A stretch of DNA of 61,966 nt, counting the filler, from Sphacelaria rigidula (lineage: Eukaryota): NCBI GenBank assembly GCA_964200075.2. It is 8 parts of 8 records of this genome, joined end to end, with 100 filler letters (N's around TTAATTAATTAA, not from the genome) between each part and the next. Parts side by side here need not be neighbours in the genome. Positions count along the whole stretch, not along the records: positions 7,760 to 15,418 come from CAXNAA020013896.1; positions 15,519 to 23,177 come from CAXNAA020013897.1; positions 23,278 to 30,935 come from CAXNAA020013898.1; 5 more parts are not named here. One strand, 5' to 3'. The position numbers were made by a program, and so were the translations under genes. Shown piece after piece: positions 12,974 to 24,651 of the stretch (its first letter is position 1; the number at the start of each line of letters is the position of its first letter). The notes below the pieces were generated by a model. That model did no database searches. It had not been told where the DNA came from and saw only the letters and a program-made list of their open reading frames with translations.

Positions 12974-13439
12974 ACGGTACAGTATCCGCGCAGTGATGAG
13001 TTTTGATTTTGTGGGTGGAGCCAGACTGTTACATGGCAATCATGAGGATGAAACGTGATGGTGATGGTAAGCGTGTCTGCAGTTGGCTGCTGATCAGTGT
13101 GTTCCAGACGGATATAGGGATGTGATTTGCGGTGCTGTAGTATGCTTCTCATATTTCAACAGTAGGGTGAACTGTCAAAGGATTGAGGCTGGAGCGACTG
13201 TTTGACTGAAACTGCTGGGTACGCTTTCCCCATCTCGGCGAGACGAAATTTCGCAAGAGGATAGTCGGTGTATTCCGTCCTGCGGTGGTTTGTGACAATA
13301 TCTGGGCCAACACGTAAAATTTGCTGGAGTATTGTACGACGATATATGATGGAAAAAAAAAGAATGTCCGCAAGAACCTCACGTGTGTTGTGAAACATGA
13401 AAGACTGCCAGGCTGATTACAGTAAGCGGATGGTCTTGG

Positions 13440-13870
13440 CCAGCGTTGAGACCTTTTTACAGGGATATAGCGATCTCAACGTTAGTGAATTGCACCTTTT
13501 ATCATCCCTGAAAGTCTAGGTTGAGTTTCCCTAACTTGGTTGGTCGATGGGTAAGTATCTCGACTGCATGAAGTATTGCAAGATCCACCCTCCCTTGGAG
13601 TTTAGGTTGAATTTCTCGAACTTTGCAGGTCGACGATGAAATATGCTTGTCATATCGGGTGGATGGCTCGATTAGATGATGATCTCGGTATGTGACCGAC
13701 GTTGAGGCCTTTTTTAAAGGGATGTACCGCTCTCGACGTCAAGTGTTACATTATACGCTTTCCCTTGAAGTGCAGGTTGACATTCCCTAGCTTGGTTGGT
13801 TGACGGGTAGGTATCTTGATTGCATAAGAAGTATTGCACGATCCGCCTCCCTTGGGGTGTAAGTTGAATA
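13440..13870. repeat. Diverged tandem duplication, period ~257 bp
   Basis: AGGTTGAGTTTCCCTAACTTGGTTGGTCGATGGGTAAGTATCT...AGTATTGCAAGATCC (~13518) vs AGGTTGACATTCCCTAGCTTGGTTGGTTGACGGGTAGGTATCT...AGTATTGCACGATCC (~13775). Confidence 0.7.
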
Positions 13871-14924
13871 GATCGCTCTGCTTCGCATCACACTTCCAAT
13901 TTTGTCATTCTTTCTCACATTGAAATGGAATGGAAAAGGGACAGAAGAGACAGACGCCCTCAATGAAGAAAAGCAAGAACGCGATACAAGCAGAAGAAGG
14001 GACGGAAAGAAAGTAAGGGTCATAGATTGACGATGACAACTCTTTCGCTCATGGCACCACGCAAATTCCAGACATTATCGTTCTAGTCCGAGTGACGTCC
14101 TTCCACGTGCGCAAGGGTGCGCAGGAAGGCGGAGCTGAGACCGGAGCCGTCGCTCGGCAAGTTGCCGCTAGGTTCTCTCGATCTATCCCTGGCCACCACT
14201 TGGAGATCCGTCTTGACGTACACGTACAACACGTGCCTCCCGGAATGCCAGTGGGCATCGAACGAGGCAAACGCGCTAGTGCCACCCCCAGTAGTGCAAT
14301 CGTACTTGAGCCATTTCCACTGTAAACGGAACTGCGTGACTTAGTGGGCGCCCACCCAGATGAGTTACAGAACCGAGATCAAGGAGTACTCTATGTCCAA
14401 AGAGAGAGTCTCGGACGCGTCGCGGGGAACGCCAACGACTGCGTCGACGGCATGTGCATGTAGTACTACGCGTGTACACGTCGTGGTCTGTTCGCACTAT
14501 GATGCTTTGTCACTATTCGGGGTGGTGGGTGAATTCAAAAATGTGTTCGGTTTTAGACTGGCGGGTCTGCTCAAACGTAGCATGGAACTGGTTCTATGGT
14601 ACAGGCAGATATACGCCGGCCGGAAATGAACTATATTTCTAGTACATTCACGCAAAAAGTATATCCACCTTTATAGCTGGGTCCTTATTTCCACCATGAC
14701 CTTTCATCATGACCGATCCCGCGTTGTTTTTTTCTAGTTCGGGAGCCCACATTTTTTTATTCAGCTGCCCATTACGGATGTTTTCAGGCGAAGTGGGTTC
14801 GGGTTACGAGCAAAACCACAGCCAAGTTTTTGAATTTCAGAGCGCCACCTCTACAAACCCGCTCAGCGGGCAGGTGAACAGCACGCACATAGTTAACATG
14901 AACACAGCAACACGCATAGAAGGC

Positions 14925-14970
14925 CAGAAGGTTTCGAGGTTACAAACTGAGCCACCGGGGCGACCGGCAT
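14925..14970 (-). mobile_element. SINE head fragment (same family as 39698-40086)
   Basis: CAGAAGGTTTCGAGGTTACAAACTGAGCCACCGGGGCGACCGGC. Confidence 0.75.
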
Positions 14971-15418
14971 ATAGCAGAGACAAACACAAAGAGGACTGAC
15001 GGAGTATCGAAGTCCAGCCAGTACGAGTCAGTACGGTGTTTGCGGAGACCAAATTCGGGTCAGGACTTGGACTTTGTAATTCCCCCAAAGTCAAAGTCAG
15101 CCCAACGTCCGATGGTTGCGTTTCGCTAGGGTTGGACTTTCAAGAGGAGATACTATTGGCCGACTAATGTGCGGAAATAATAATAATAATTGACCAACAG
15201 GCGTGACGTGTAGCGTGTAACCGTCCTCCCGACAACGTACACCACACCAACCACCTCGCTGCTCTCGCGGGTACCAGAGCACACGCCCAGAACATGGCGA
15301 ATCAACGGGGGATGGCGTGGCAGTGATGTTCTTTTGAGGTCAGCACAGCAACATATAACAGCCGATCCTAATTTTTGGGGTTGAAACAAAATATGAGGTT
15401 GAAGTCCCATCCCTTCAT

Positions 15419-15518
15419 NNNNNNNNNNNNNNNNNNNNNNNNNNNNNNNNNNNNNNNNNNNNTTAATTAATTAANNNNNNNNNNNNNNNNNNNNNNNNNN
15501 NNNNNNNNNNNNNNNNNN
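15419..15518. other. Artificial contig linker
   Basis: N44-TTAATTAATTAA-N44. Confidence 0.99.
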
Positions 15519-15954
15519 CCCCCCCCCCCCCCCCCCCGTCTCCCTCCCTCTTTTTTCGCCATACCTCTCACTACCCCTCCACCCCTGAGCACGAGTCTGC
15601 ACTTCCAAAAAAGCACCCCATATGCTCCTCCGGACTTGTCTGACGGGTAGTGTTCAATTATGGAATCACCTCTCCGGCAGTCCGTCAGGTTCTGTCAACC
15701 CCGGTAGGCCATTGGTTTACTCGTTTCGACGACCGGGGTGCATCGCGAGATCGAATGTTCCTCTGAGGCATTTGCACGACTATTTCCCAGCAAACCTGTT
15801 TTTAACCGTTGCTCCATCATGTTCGTCATGATACTCGCCACTATCCCTCGGCGACCACTCTGCTTCGTTCAGAGTTTTGGTCGTTTCGTGAGCTCCGGCT
15901 CTGAACCGGTAAATGGACGGCGCACATGTCGCGTTTCTTAACGGGGATCGCTCG

Positions 15955-16345
15955 TGTATGTGTGTGTATGTGTGTGTGCGTTTTGGCCCGCCTCGTTGAC
16001 TATATCGTGCCCCTCCCCACCCCATTTTTTTTGTCGCCTGCGGCGAAGGGCGTCCGTGCACACATGTGTCCACGGCTTACCCCTCCCCTTTCTCGAGACG
16101 AGCCCGTATTCTCAAATGGTTGCCGTACCGCTCTCCCGGTACACGTTGGATATGTTGATGTCGCGGCTTGGATAAGCACCCCCACATCACTTGCGATTCA
16201 CCATGCTTGCTTTTCTATCACATCCTCGCGTTTCGAAGAACGAAAACCAGGTACTCTGGGAAAAAATTATACGCATAGGTCAGGTTTCGAACCCTCAACT
16301 CCGCCTTAACCTGCTTGGAGATGTCCCAGTTAGATCGCCGAAGCG
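15955..16345 (-). mobile_element. Putative second tRNA-derived SINE family copy
   Basis: Minus strand: CGGCGATCTAACTGG (A-box-like)...GGGTTCGAAACC (B box), with a (CA)n-type tail at ~15955-15980; a similar head occurs at ~5335-5395. Confidence 0.45.
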
Positions 16346-16531
16346 CGGCGGCCGTGCCACGTGTACGGCGCGGAGAATAATACTTGGCAAGAAAGTTAGG
16401 TGATGACATGCTCATGTGCCGATCATGACTTCTTTTTTGTCCCGCTTGTGTGTTTACCTTTGTGCGGTTACCTCTGTCTTTGCGTACACTCGATTTTTTC
16501 TATTGTCCCTTTTATGTATCGAGCACTCCAG

Positions 16532-16656
16532 ATCTATTCTTCGACTCCCCTGGGATTTTTTCTGTGGTATGCCGTGGCGATGGGTTTGTTCGTTGCCCTT
16601 GCCCTCATGTGCTGGATGGATCAACTCTTTCGCCTAGGCCTCGACAAAGACAAAAG
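16532..16656 (+). CDS. Candidate internal exon of a membrane protein (one hydrophobic helix)
   Basis: ctccag| acceptor after a pyrimidine-rich tract, AG|gtgagg donor; encodes IYSSTPLGFFLWYAVAMGLFVALALMCWMDQLFRLGLDKDK; no partner exon firmly identified. Confidence 0.5.
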
Positions 16657-16859
16657 GTGAGGGGACGATGGAAAGCAAAGAAGTATTATTCGGCGGTGGG
16701 TATACATGATGGGACACAGGGGCACACAAAGTAGGTATTTTTGGTCGAGAGAGAAACGTGTGTGTACGTGTTGTCCTCCCATCTGTTCTGGACGCCAGTC
16801 TATAGTAGTCAGCATCAGAAGTCTTCAGAATTCGTAGTTGTTGTAGTTGTTGAGTTTTT

Positions 16860-17690
16860 CTCGAGTACTATTCTTCATTACTACTTGAAAGTGCTAGCGC
16901 CGGTAGATTTAAGGGGAAAGCGTAGGCCGCGCCGAAACTGCAGTGCCCAAGTTGGTGTTTTTCGGGCGATACGGGCTAGATACCCCGTTTATCAGGAGGG
17001 TGTTATTGACCATTTTTGGTCCAATAAAAACAGTTTTTCGGCTCTTCCGCGACTAAACGGTAAATATTTAGATAAATGACTACGTACACAATTTTTCACA
17101 ATAACGATCGAGATCGTGTTTCCCTCCTATACTACGCAGACTTCAGTGAAGCATTTTCTGCGGATGGCCTCTTTTCGTTTTTGTTCGCATACCAATATTC
17201 ATGAGCACTCGAAAGTGCTAGCATCGATAGTTTTGGCGAAATAAGCAGACCGTGCTCAAATCACAATGCCCAAGCTGGTGGTGTGGGAGCTATACGGAGT
17301 AAAGACCCCGTTTATCAGGAGGGTGTTATTGACCGTGAATGGTCCAAGAAACATACTTCCCCGGCTTCAGCGCAGTGAATATGTGGAATTAAAAAAAAAA
17401 GATCATACTTGAGTCTTGCTTGTATAATCGGGATCGAGTCGGTCCGCCGAAAATAACGAAAAGCTAGAACCTAGGGTTACACTTTCGCAGAACCCCCGAA
17501 GATCAGTCAAGCCCGTAAGTCACTCAATATTGATCGCAGATATTTTTTCTTTCAATATTTGTCAAGAGGATTAAAATACCTCCAGATGCCCATTTTTTGG
17601 CATCCAACGGTCATTATGATGAGCGGTGGCAAGCGAAACAAATTCGGAAAAAAATTTGAGAAACTAAGAAATTACGAATTCCGCATACTT
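16860..17690. repeat. Dispersed repeat with internal ~325-bp tandem duplication; further copy at ~19860-20340
   Basis: GAAAGTGCTAGC...TGCCCAAG...ACCCCGTTTATCAGGAGGGTGTTATTGACC twice here and similar at ~19890-20025; CCCGTAAGTCACTCAATA at ~17512 and ~20188. Confidence 0.7.
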
Positions 17691-17702
17691 CTGACGCTGA
17701 CT

Positions 17703-17925
17703 GCTGTACACCTTTCGGTACATGTGGGCGCATCAGCCGGGGTCACACAGGAGGAAGGCCAACACAGGAGTTGTATCTTCAATTTTGTTTTTATTGCTTC
17801 ACCTTCCTTCTGCGGTACTTGTCTTCATGTTTTTTCGTCGCGAGAGGGACTCAGCGTTCCTTTCCTGTCGTCGACCATGAAATCAAATTTTGTGCACCCA
17901 CGACGTAGTCGCTCTCCACTGTTAT
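17703..17925 (-). mobile_element. SINE body lacking the tRNA head
   Basis: TGTGGGCGCATCAGCCGGGGTCACACAGGAGGAAGGC...CACCCACGACGTAGTCGCTCTCCAC matches the reverse complement of ~39810-40025. Confidence 0.8.
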
Positions 17926-18739
17926 GGGTAGGAATGGAGGCCGATTTTCGGTACTATATTCATGGGAAGTGCAAGCTGAACGCTACATGCGTCAGAGGTG
18001 ATCCGTAATCCAACGAATAATATTAATGGAAAATACACGCGTCACCTACAATTGACGATTTGGCTCAGAAAAATGAACGATATTTCTAGTACATTTATTC
18101 AAGCCTGGGAGTGGTCGGTGTTGAGGTGATTTCGTTCCTGCGGAAAGCTCGCTCCACAACAGTAGATGGACAATCTTGACGCACTAGCTAATAGCGTCCT
18201 TCCTCTGTCTGTACCAGTCGGGAAGCACACGCCCGCGAGCTGCCACCCCACGTTTACCGTCATTGCGAGATAACAAAAAAAAAAAGCACGAACAGTAGCT
18301 GTTGTGGCCGCTACACACCAACGTAACTGCAGTGAAACGCGTGCCTGACATGGTGCTAGAACGAGAAAGTACGGAAAATTGGAGATCATGCGCAGCAGCG
18401 TCGCGCATCAGGAAGCTACTGAGAACGATGCTGATGATGTTGGCGATCAAGAGGTTCATGCTGTGCGGATTGGCTACGCGCTGCATGTCCTACACACAGC
18501 TATGGCTGCGGGATTGGAGAGTGAATTTCTCATGGGCCCCATGGGGTCAGGATCATGGCATGAGTGGAAGGAATCCCATCTTGTCAGTCGCTTGGGCACG
18601 GTCTGGTTCTCTCTGTCCAGATCAACATCTTCAACGTCATGTTCTCTCTATTTTCAGTATGTACGAATATGTGTACAGGCAGTCACTTGAAACATCGCGG
18701 CTCTGCCGACCTAGGCATTCATGGTGCGCAGTCTGAAAT

Positions 18740-19210
18740 CAAAATCACTCTTTGCGCCTTGGCTTCTCTGCTGAAACCCCCAGACACAACAGCCGAAGTT
18801 CATGTGTGACCTCACTCCCTGCAACTCAATACATGAAGGGTACTCGCTGTTGAAAGGCGAAGTTGCCCTTCGTGCACAGCCGTACAGAACAAAGCAGCAG
18901 CAAAGTGAAAAACGAAGCTTCTCAAACATTGCGTAGTTTGCATCTCATTCTGATACTATCAATATAATGTAGTATATACCAGACAGTTACTAAATACATG
19001 ACCGCGGTCACCAGCAGATGCTACGCACATACTCGTACTAAAATCACTCTCGACGCCTTGGCTTCTGCACTGGAGCCTTGACATGAAGCAGCCGCCAGCT
19101 TTGTCCTTCTTCTGTCAACTCTCCCTCTGTACTTCGATGCTTCAAAGGATACTCGCCGTTGAAATGCGAATTTTCCCTTTGTGCACAGCCGCTCAGAACA
19201 AAGCAGCGCC
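18740..19210. repeat. Diverged tandem duplication, period ~300 bp
   Basis: AAAATCACTCT...CGCCTTGGCTTCT and TACTCGC.GTTGAAA.GCGAA...GTGCACAGCCG..CAGAACAAAGCAGC each occur twice. Confidence 0.65.
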
Positions 19211-20369
19211 TGGGGGCACGCAACCCAAGTGCATGTTGTCACAACTTGCTTGCTGGAGGAAAAGTAGTATGCGCACCATTTTTTTCGAATTTGCAATCTT
19301 CGACCTCGAAAGACGCTACTGATCCTCAACCCGAAAGTGCCGATCGCGCACCGCTTACAACTCGGCAACGAAGCGAGGGATTGGACTGCGGTTTCTTGCG
19401 TGCGCTTCCCACACACCCAAGCTATGTCGCAACGTTTAGTTGTAGCGTTTACGCTTGATGCTGACTCGCCAATGACCTAAATATACTAAAATAAGGTGTT
19501 TTCTGCTCTGGGAGTGGATTTTTCGCGACGCCAGCAAAATACTAATTGTGAGCCCCTAGATCTTGTGTGTATGCGGGGAGCTGTCAAGTGCCGTGGGCCG
19601 GCTTGCTTCCTGTGTCGAGAACCGCGCGATCTCCAGTGCTACAGCTTTCTCATGCTAAACCAACTGAATAAGTGATGAAGTGTGTGTTCTGTTCGTGAGG
19701 GTCTCGGGACAGGTCCGACCACCTACTATACTGACGTGTTCATTATTCCTCCGCGTTATTTCTTATTTTAAACCTTGTGCTGGTTTTTGGTCGTTAGGGC
19801 CTCCATTCCTACCCATAACAGTAGTGGGCGGTCTAACTATTTAGGGGTGTTCTGAGGGTTTCCTCGCGTACTACTCTTCAATAGAACTCGAAATTGCTAG
19901 CGTCGGTAGATTTTGGTACAACAAAACAGATCATGCTCGAAACACAGTGCCCAAGTCAGTATTAGTTGGTGTTATCGGGCGAGACGAGTTAATGCCTCGT
20001 TCTTCAGGGGGGTGTTATTGACCGTGAAACACAGTTTTTCGGCCCTAGTGCAATGAGTAGGCAGAATTTTGAAAAAACCAAACCGTGCATGTCTTAACAA
20101 ATATGATCGGGACGGGCTCGATCGACCGAAAATACAGAAGAGTACGATCTGGGCTGAAACGGGACAGGACCCCCGATGAACGGTCAGCCCGTAAGTCACT
20201 CAATACTGAGTACAGATGATTTTTTCTTCTTGCAATGCGGAGCGGATACTAATATCATCAGATCCTCAATGTGATGAGCGGTGGCAAGCGAAAAGAGCTA
20301 GAGAAAATCGACCATTGCGAAAAAATCACAAAATGCCACAAAATGAATAGTTCGACCGCCCACTACTGT

Positions 20370-21993
20370 AGGTATGGTACGATTGCAGCAATTTCGCGCT
20401 CTCCCCACCACACCTCACATTACAAGTTATCGTTGCAGCACTGCATCATAACATCATAATCATCTCGACCACATTCAAGCCAAATATGTATATCCAAACA
20501 CGTTGTCAGAAAAGCCGGTTTCCAACAGCGCGATATTCCACATAATTTTTCAAAGTTGCTCATCTTACGTGATCGACGCACTGTCGAAATTGGAAGCGCA
20601 GAGTTCATCGTTTCCTATGAGGTGTGCAGGCATGATTTCAAATTCTGGGGCGCGCGAGAGAGACGCAGCTGTCTGCGGTCGTGTCGTGGTGTACGGTCCG
20701 TACTGACTTCCTGTACTACTGTGATACATTGCCTGAACAATACATGGTGGGCTGCGTGCCGCAAGACGATCAACACGAACACCGCCTTGCTGTACTAACT
20801 GACTGTAGAAGTGACCGTTGTGTGTTTCACTGCACAGTAGTACCTGGCTGAAAGGACAGCGCGGACAACAGTACACCCAACAGAACTGAATTGTATGCAT
20901 TGCTGTAGTGATGGCTTGGCTGCCATCACCACTGCTGTCGCTGGTGCTCGCGGGCAGTCAGCGTGTTGCTTCATTGTCCTTCGCTCGCCAGTAGCGTGAT
21001 GGCCCTTACCCCCATGAGAACAAAACAGGGCAGGGTCGATGACGAGCGCTGTACACTCTGTATGTAGTTTGCACAGTATTATAGCTCAGTTCAGGTCTGT
21101 GCATGCAGCGTGTTGCGAACAGCACTCGAATACAGTACAGACTGCCCAAGCACCCAAGCCCTGTACACTACAGCAGTAGCACTGCTTATAGTATGGTCTT
21201 GTGTGCACGGTCAGTGCGGTCCTGTTTCTACAAGTCTTGGATGCGTGGGCAGTCTGTACTACATTGCGAGTGCTGTTCGCAACACGCTGCATGCACAGAC
21301 CTGAACTGCGAGCTACAACACTGTCTGACATCATGGGGTGAAGGGCCACCATGATACTTGCGAAGCAAAGGACAGTGAAGCAACACGCTGACTGCCCGCG
21401 AGCACCAGGGACAGCAGTGGTGACGGCAGCCAAGCCACCATGGCTGCTGTCGTGGGCTGGAGGGTGTGTTGGCGTGCGGCGGGATTTCAAACGCGTTGCT
21501 ACCAAAAAATGTTCTAAGAAAACGCGTTTTCTGATCACACAAGAAGTCGGTTTTTGGTCATGTATCAGAAAAAGGTTTTTTTCAGAGGTTTTATATAAAT
21601 ACACGAGAAGTAGCCGACAGGTCTTCGTAAGCGTCACGTACACGGTAACATCACGCGTGACACGACACGTTGCAACGCCTTAAACACTGGTAAATGAGCC
21701 GCGACATACACAGAATGAAACGTTACATTCGAACGTTACACGTGTCAACGTAACGTTATATCGGACGTTACACGTGACGTTGAAACGTTTCATATTACGT
21801 TACATATAACGAACAGTAACGTAAATTTTTCTTCATGCGATGAACGTAACGTTAACGTAACGGTAAATGTTCAAATGAAACGTTAACGTAACTTTGAAAT
21901 TATTCGACGTGACACGAAACGTAACATGAACGTTAGAAACAATTTACGAGATGAACTTAACGCGAATGTGAACGTGTAACGTGTAGACCCCTG
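20370..21993. mobile_element. Partial copy (right end retained) of the CAGGGG-terminated DNA transposon derivative at 35930-38305
   Basis: Collinear with ~36365-38305; ends ACGTGTAACGTGTAGACCCCTG; internal ~530-bp palindrome at ~20910-21440; ACGT-rich subterminal array at 21640-21990. Confidence 0.85.
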
Positions 21994-22659
21994 AATTTAT
22001 TCACTTTTTCTTCGCTTCATGTTCTTGTACGAGCGTAGTGTAGAAGAGACATTTCTCGTTGAATTGTGAAGTTTCTTGGCGCAATGACATTGTGCCGAGG
22101 TGATGATGATTCAACTGCACAAGGACTCGTCTAGGGTGGGATAGTGTGATGAAGCTCAGTGGCGTTGCAAAATATCACGATGTGCGGGTCTACTCGTAGA
22201 CCCTGGATTCCGTGACGCGTTGGTACCGCGTTTGTTATTGTCTGTGTTTAGGTTACGGATCTGAACACCCCGTCAACCTTCGATTAGTTGCTGGCTTTGC
22301 CTTGGTCGCTGACTTAGTTCTGCTACTCTGGCACCACCACTGCGCTCTGCTCCTGTGGCCGCGCCCCGGCTGTACTGAGTTAAAGAGCTGCTTGTAGATA
22401 TAATATGATGCTACCAACATGTGAGTTTCCAACCAGCAGTTTACATAAATGAACCTGTGTGTATTGTGCGCTTGATGAGTAGCTGAGGTCTGTAAGATGT
22501 TGCCCACGTTGGGAGCTTGGTGGGCTGGCACCATGGTATCCCCTGGCACTCATACTGAGAGACCCCAGTAAACACATTGGCTACCCCATCATTATGACAG
22601 TATACTCTTGTAGAAATATCCGGTTGTGGGTAAGGGTTTTTGAACAACTTCCATATGGT

Positions 22660-23065
22660 GCCCGACAGGTTCTGTAAGTTCTGTAAAAGCTGCATACCGG
22701 TACCCTACAGTTCTGTAAGCTCTGTAATAAATATCATACCCTAACGAACATACTCGTGCCCGGCCGAAATACCCTTGGAAATGTTTTCATCGCCAACGGT
22801 TCTAAGAGGAATCCTAGGGGGGATACAAAAGGCCAAAAATGAACCCAAACCCAACTATGGCGCCAAGACCATTGTGTATCGAAGCATCGTTTCGCAACAT
22901 TTCAAGCATACGTAGGGCACGGTTTTTTGTATACCCGGGGTATTCACTCGGGTATTACCAGTACGCGACAGGTTCTGTAAGTTCTGTGAGCTTCCCTCAC
23001 CCGTACCCGACAGTTCTGTAAGTTCTGCAAGCCCCCCATACCGGTACCCAACGAGTTATGTACGA
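22660..23065. repeat. Short-motif repeat cluster (GTTCTGTAAGTTCTGT / TACCCG), probable transposon subterminal repeats
   Basis: CAGGTTCTGTAAGTTCTGT-like units at ~22666, ~22709, ~22969 and ~23011, interspersed with TACCC(G) motifs. Confidence 0.55.
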
Positions 23066-23106
23066 CCTACGAGTTTTTCTCCCGATAGCCCTCCCCTTCC
23101 CCCCGA

Positions 23107-23177
23107 ATGGAATATGCAGGAGAAGTATGGGAGGGGAACGCGAAGTTGGAGAGGGTAGAAACAGTACAGATGGCAGC
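23107..23177 (+). mobile_element. 5'-truncated LINE fragment, cut by contig end
   Basis: TGGAATATGCAGGAGAAGTATGGGAGGGGAACGCGAAGTTGG matches the LINE at ~34824-34865 (LEYAGEVW/REGN); immediately preceded by a C-rich tract. Confidence 0.75.
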
Positions 23178-23277
23178 NNNNNNNNNNNNNNNNNNNNNNN
23201 NNNNNNNNNNNNNNNNNNNNNTTAATTAATTAANNNNNNNNNNNNNNNNNNNNNNNNNNNNNNNNNNNNNNNNNNNN
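23178..23277. other. Artificial contig linker
   Basis: N44-TTAATTAATTAA-N44. Confidence 0.99.
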
Positions 23278-24182
23278 CTTTTCCCTCCCTTTTGGGCAAT
23301 CAGGCCGAAGAAATCGTGATTTTGGTGACTATGAGTCGTGATGATTTGTTCTAACCGTGCTAGGTTACAAATTGCCCACAAACTCGCGGCCAGAATAATT
23401 TTATGCCAGGATGGGGTCATATGATGAATCGGCACTACTTTCAATCGAAAAGTAAATATGAGGCCCAGATCGCCGGCTCGGGCGGTTGGAGGGTTAGAAC
23501 GCTTCCAAGGGTGTGTTGTCAGGCAGGATATTTCCTATATCTTGATATCTTGAAAATCGAACTCTCATGTCCCCCAAAATTGGGTAGAGTATTGAGATCG
23601 TACTCAAGTATCACCGGAGAGTGGGCGAGAGTATTGCGATCGTACCCAACAATACCCATTTTTTGGGTGCAGTTTGGAGATGAGACCATGACCAACACCG
23701 AATTCGGGAGAGAAAATACTCGGGTAGTTGCCCTACCGAAGACACCCTCATCCCGTTCACCGCCAGGGTTGGTCATATCTTGAAACCGAGTCATCTTCAT
23801 TCTAGAGGTAAATGTGAGGCCCAGATCGCCGGCTCTGGTGGGAGGGGTTCCAGCCCTTCAGCGCGGTCACAGCCAGGGTCGGCAATGTCCTGAATCGGAA
23901 CCATATTTTGAAGAACGAGTACCCGGCCCAGATGACCCACTCCTGGCTGTGGGGGGGTCAACACTTCGCACCCCTCTGACTGTGATTGATAGTACAAGTA
24001 TTGTAGCGCATGCAGTCGCTCTTCAGTTGCCGGAATAGAGATATGTACAACGTATATAATCGTCAACCCTTGTGACTTGTGACCGCCCGGGTGGGCGGGT
24101 GGGTCATTTGCTGAATCGGCTCATCACTTTTTACCAGGAAAAATGAACGTACGACTCAGGGCATGCCTCAGCCCGTGTCTTA

Positions 24183-24651
24183 GGCCGGATGTTATGGCAC
24201 ACAGATTTTCGGCCCACGGATTGTTCACTTTGATGGCGTTTGAGCCACTTTTTGTCCCCTGAACAGGGAAAATCGTCAAGACAAGTCTTGGACACTTCGC
24301 ATCACCCCACAGAGAGGAGCCTAGCCCACTTTTCAGATTCGCTTGGCTCCAAGGTTTCGAGAGCGGCCGCTGAACAAAAATCCGTGTGCAACAAATTCTA
24401 CGGCGATCTCCACAGATTATCGGGTAAACTGGCGGGGTTCGGCGAGCACAGATTTTTTGTTCAGGGGCCGATCTCAAAACCTCGGAGCCACGCGAATCTG
24501 AAAAGCAGACTAGGCTCCTCTATGTGGGGTGATGCAAAGTGTCCAAGACGTGTGGTGGTGATTTTCCCTGTTTGGGGGTCAAAAGGGGGGTCAAACGTCC
24601 CAAAAGTGAACAATCCGTGGGCCAAAAATCTGTTTGCTATGACATCCGGCC
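24183..24651. mobile_element. PIF/Harbinger (Tourist-like) foldback MITE
   Basis: ~205-bp imperfect TIRs GGCCGGATGTTATGGCACACAGATTTT... / ...AAAATCTGTTTGCTATGACATCCGGCC; TTA on both flanks (3-bp TSD typical of PIF/Harbinger). Confidence 0.88.

Noticed and set aside
18340..18500. Ankyrin-like peptide GKLEIMRSSVAHQEATENDADDVGD
   Set aside because: The resemblance is loose and there are no supporting exon boundaries.
22252..22264. Tiny terminal exon (RLRI-stop) pairing with the 16532-16656 exon
   Set aside because: It is phase-compatible but too short to distinguish from chance without transcript data.
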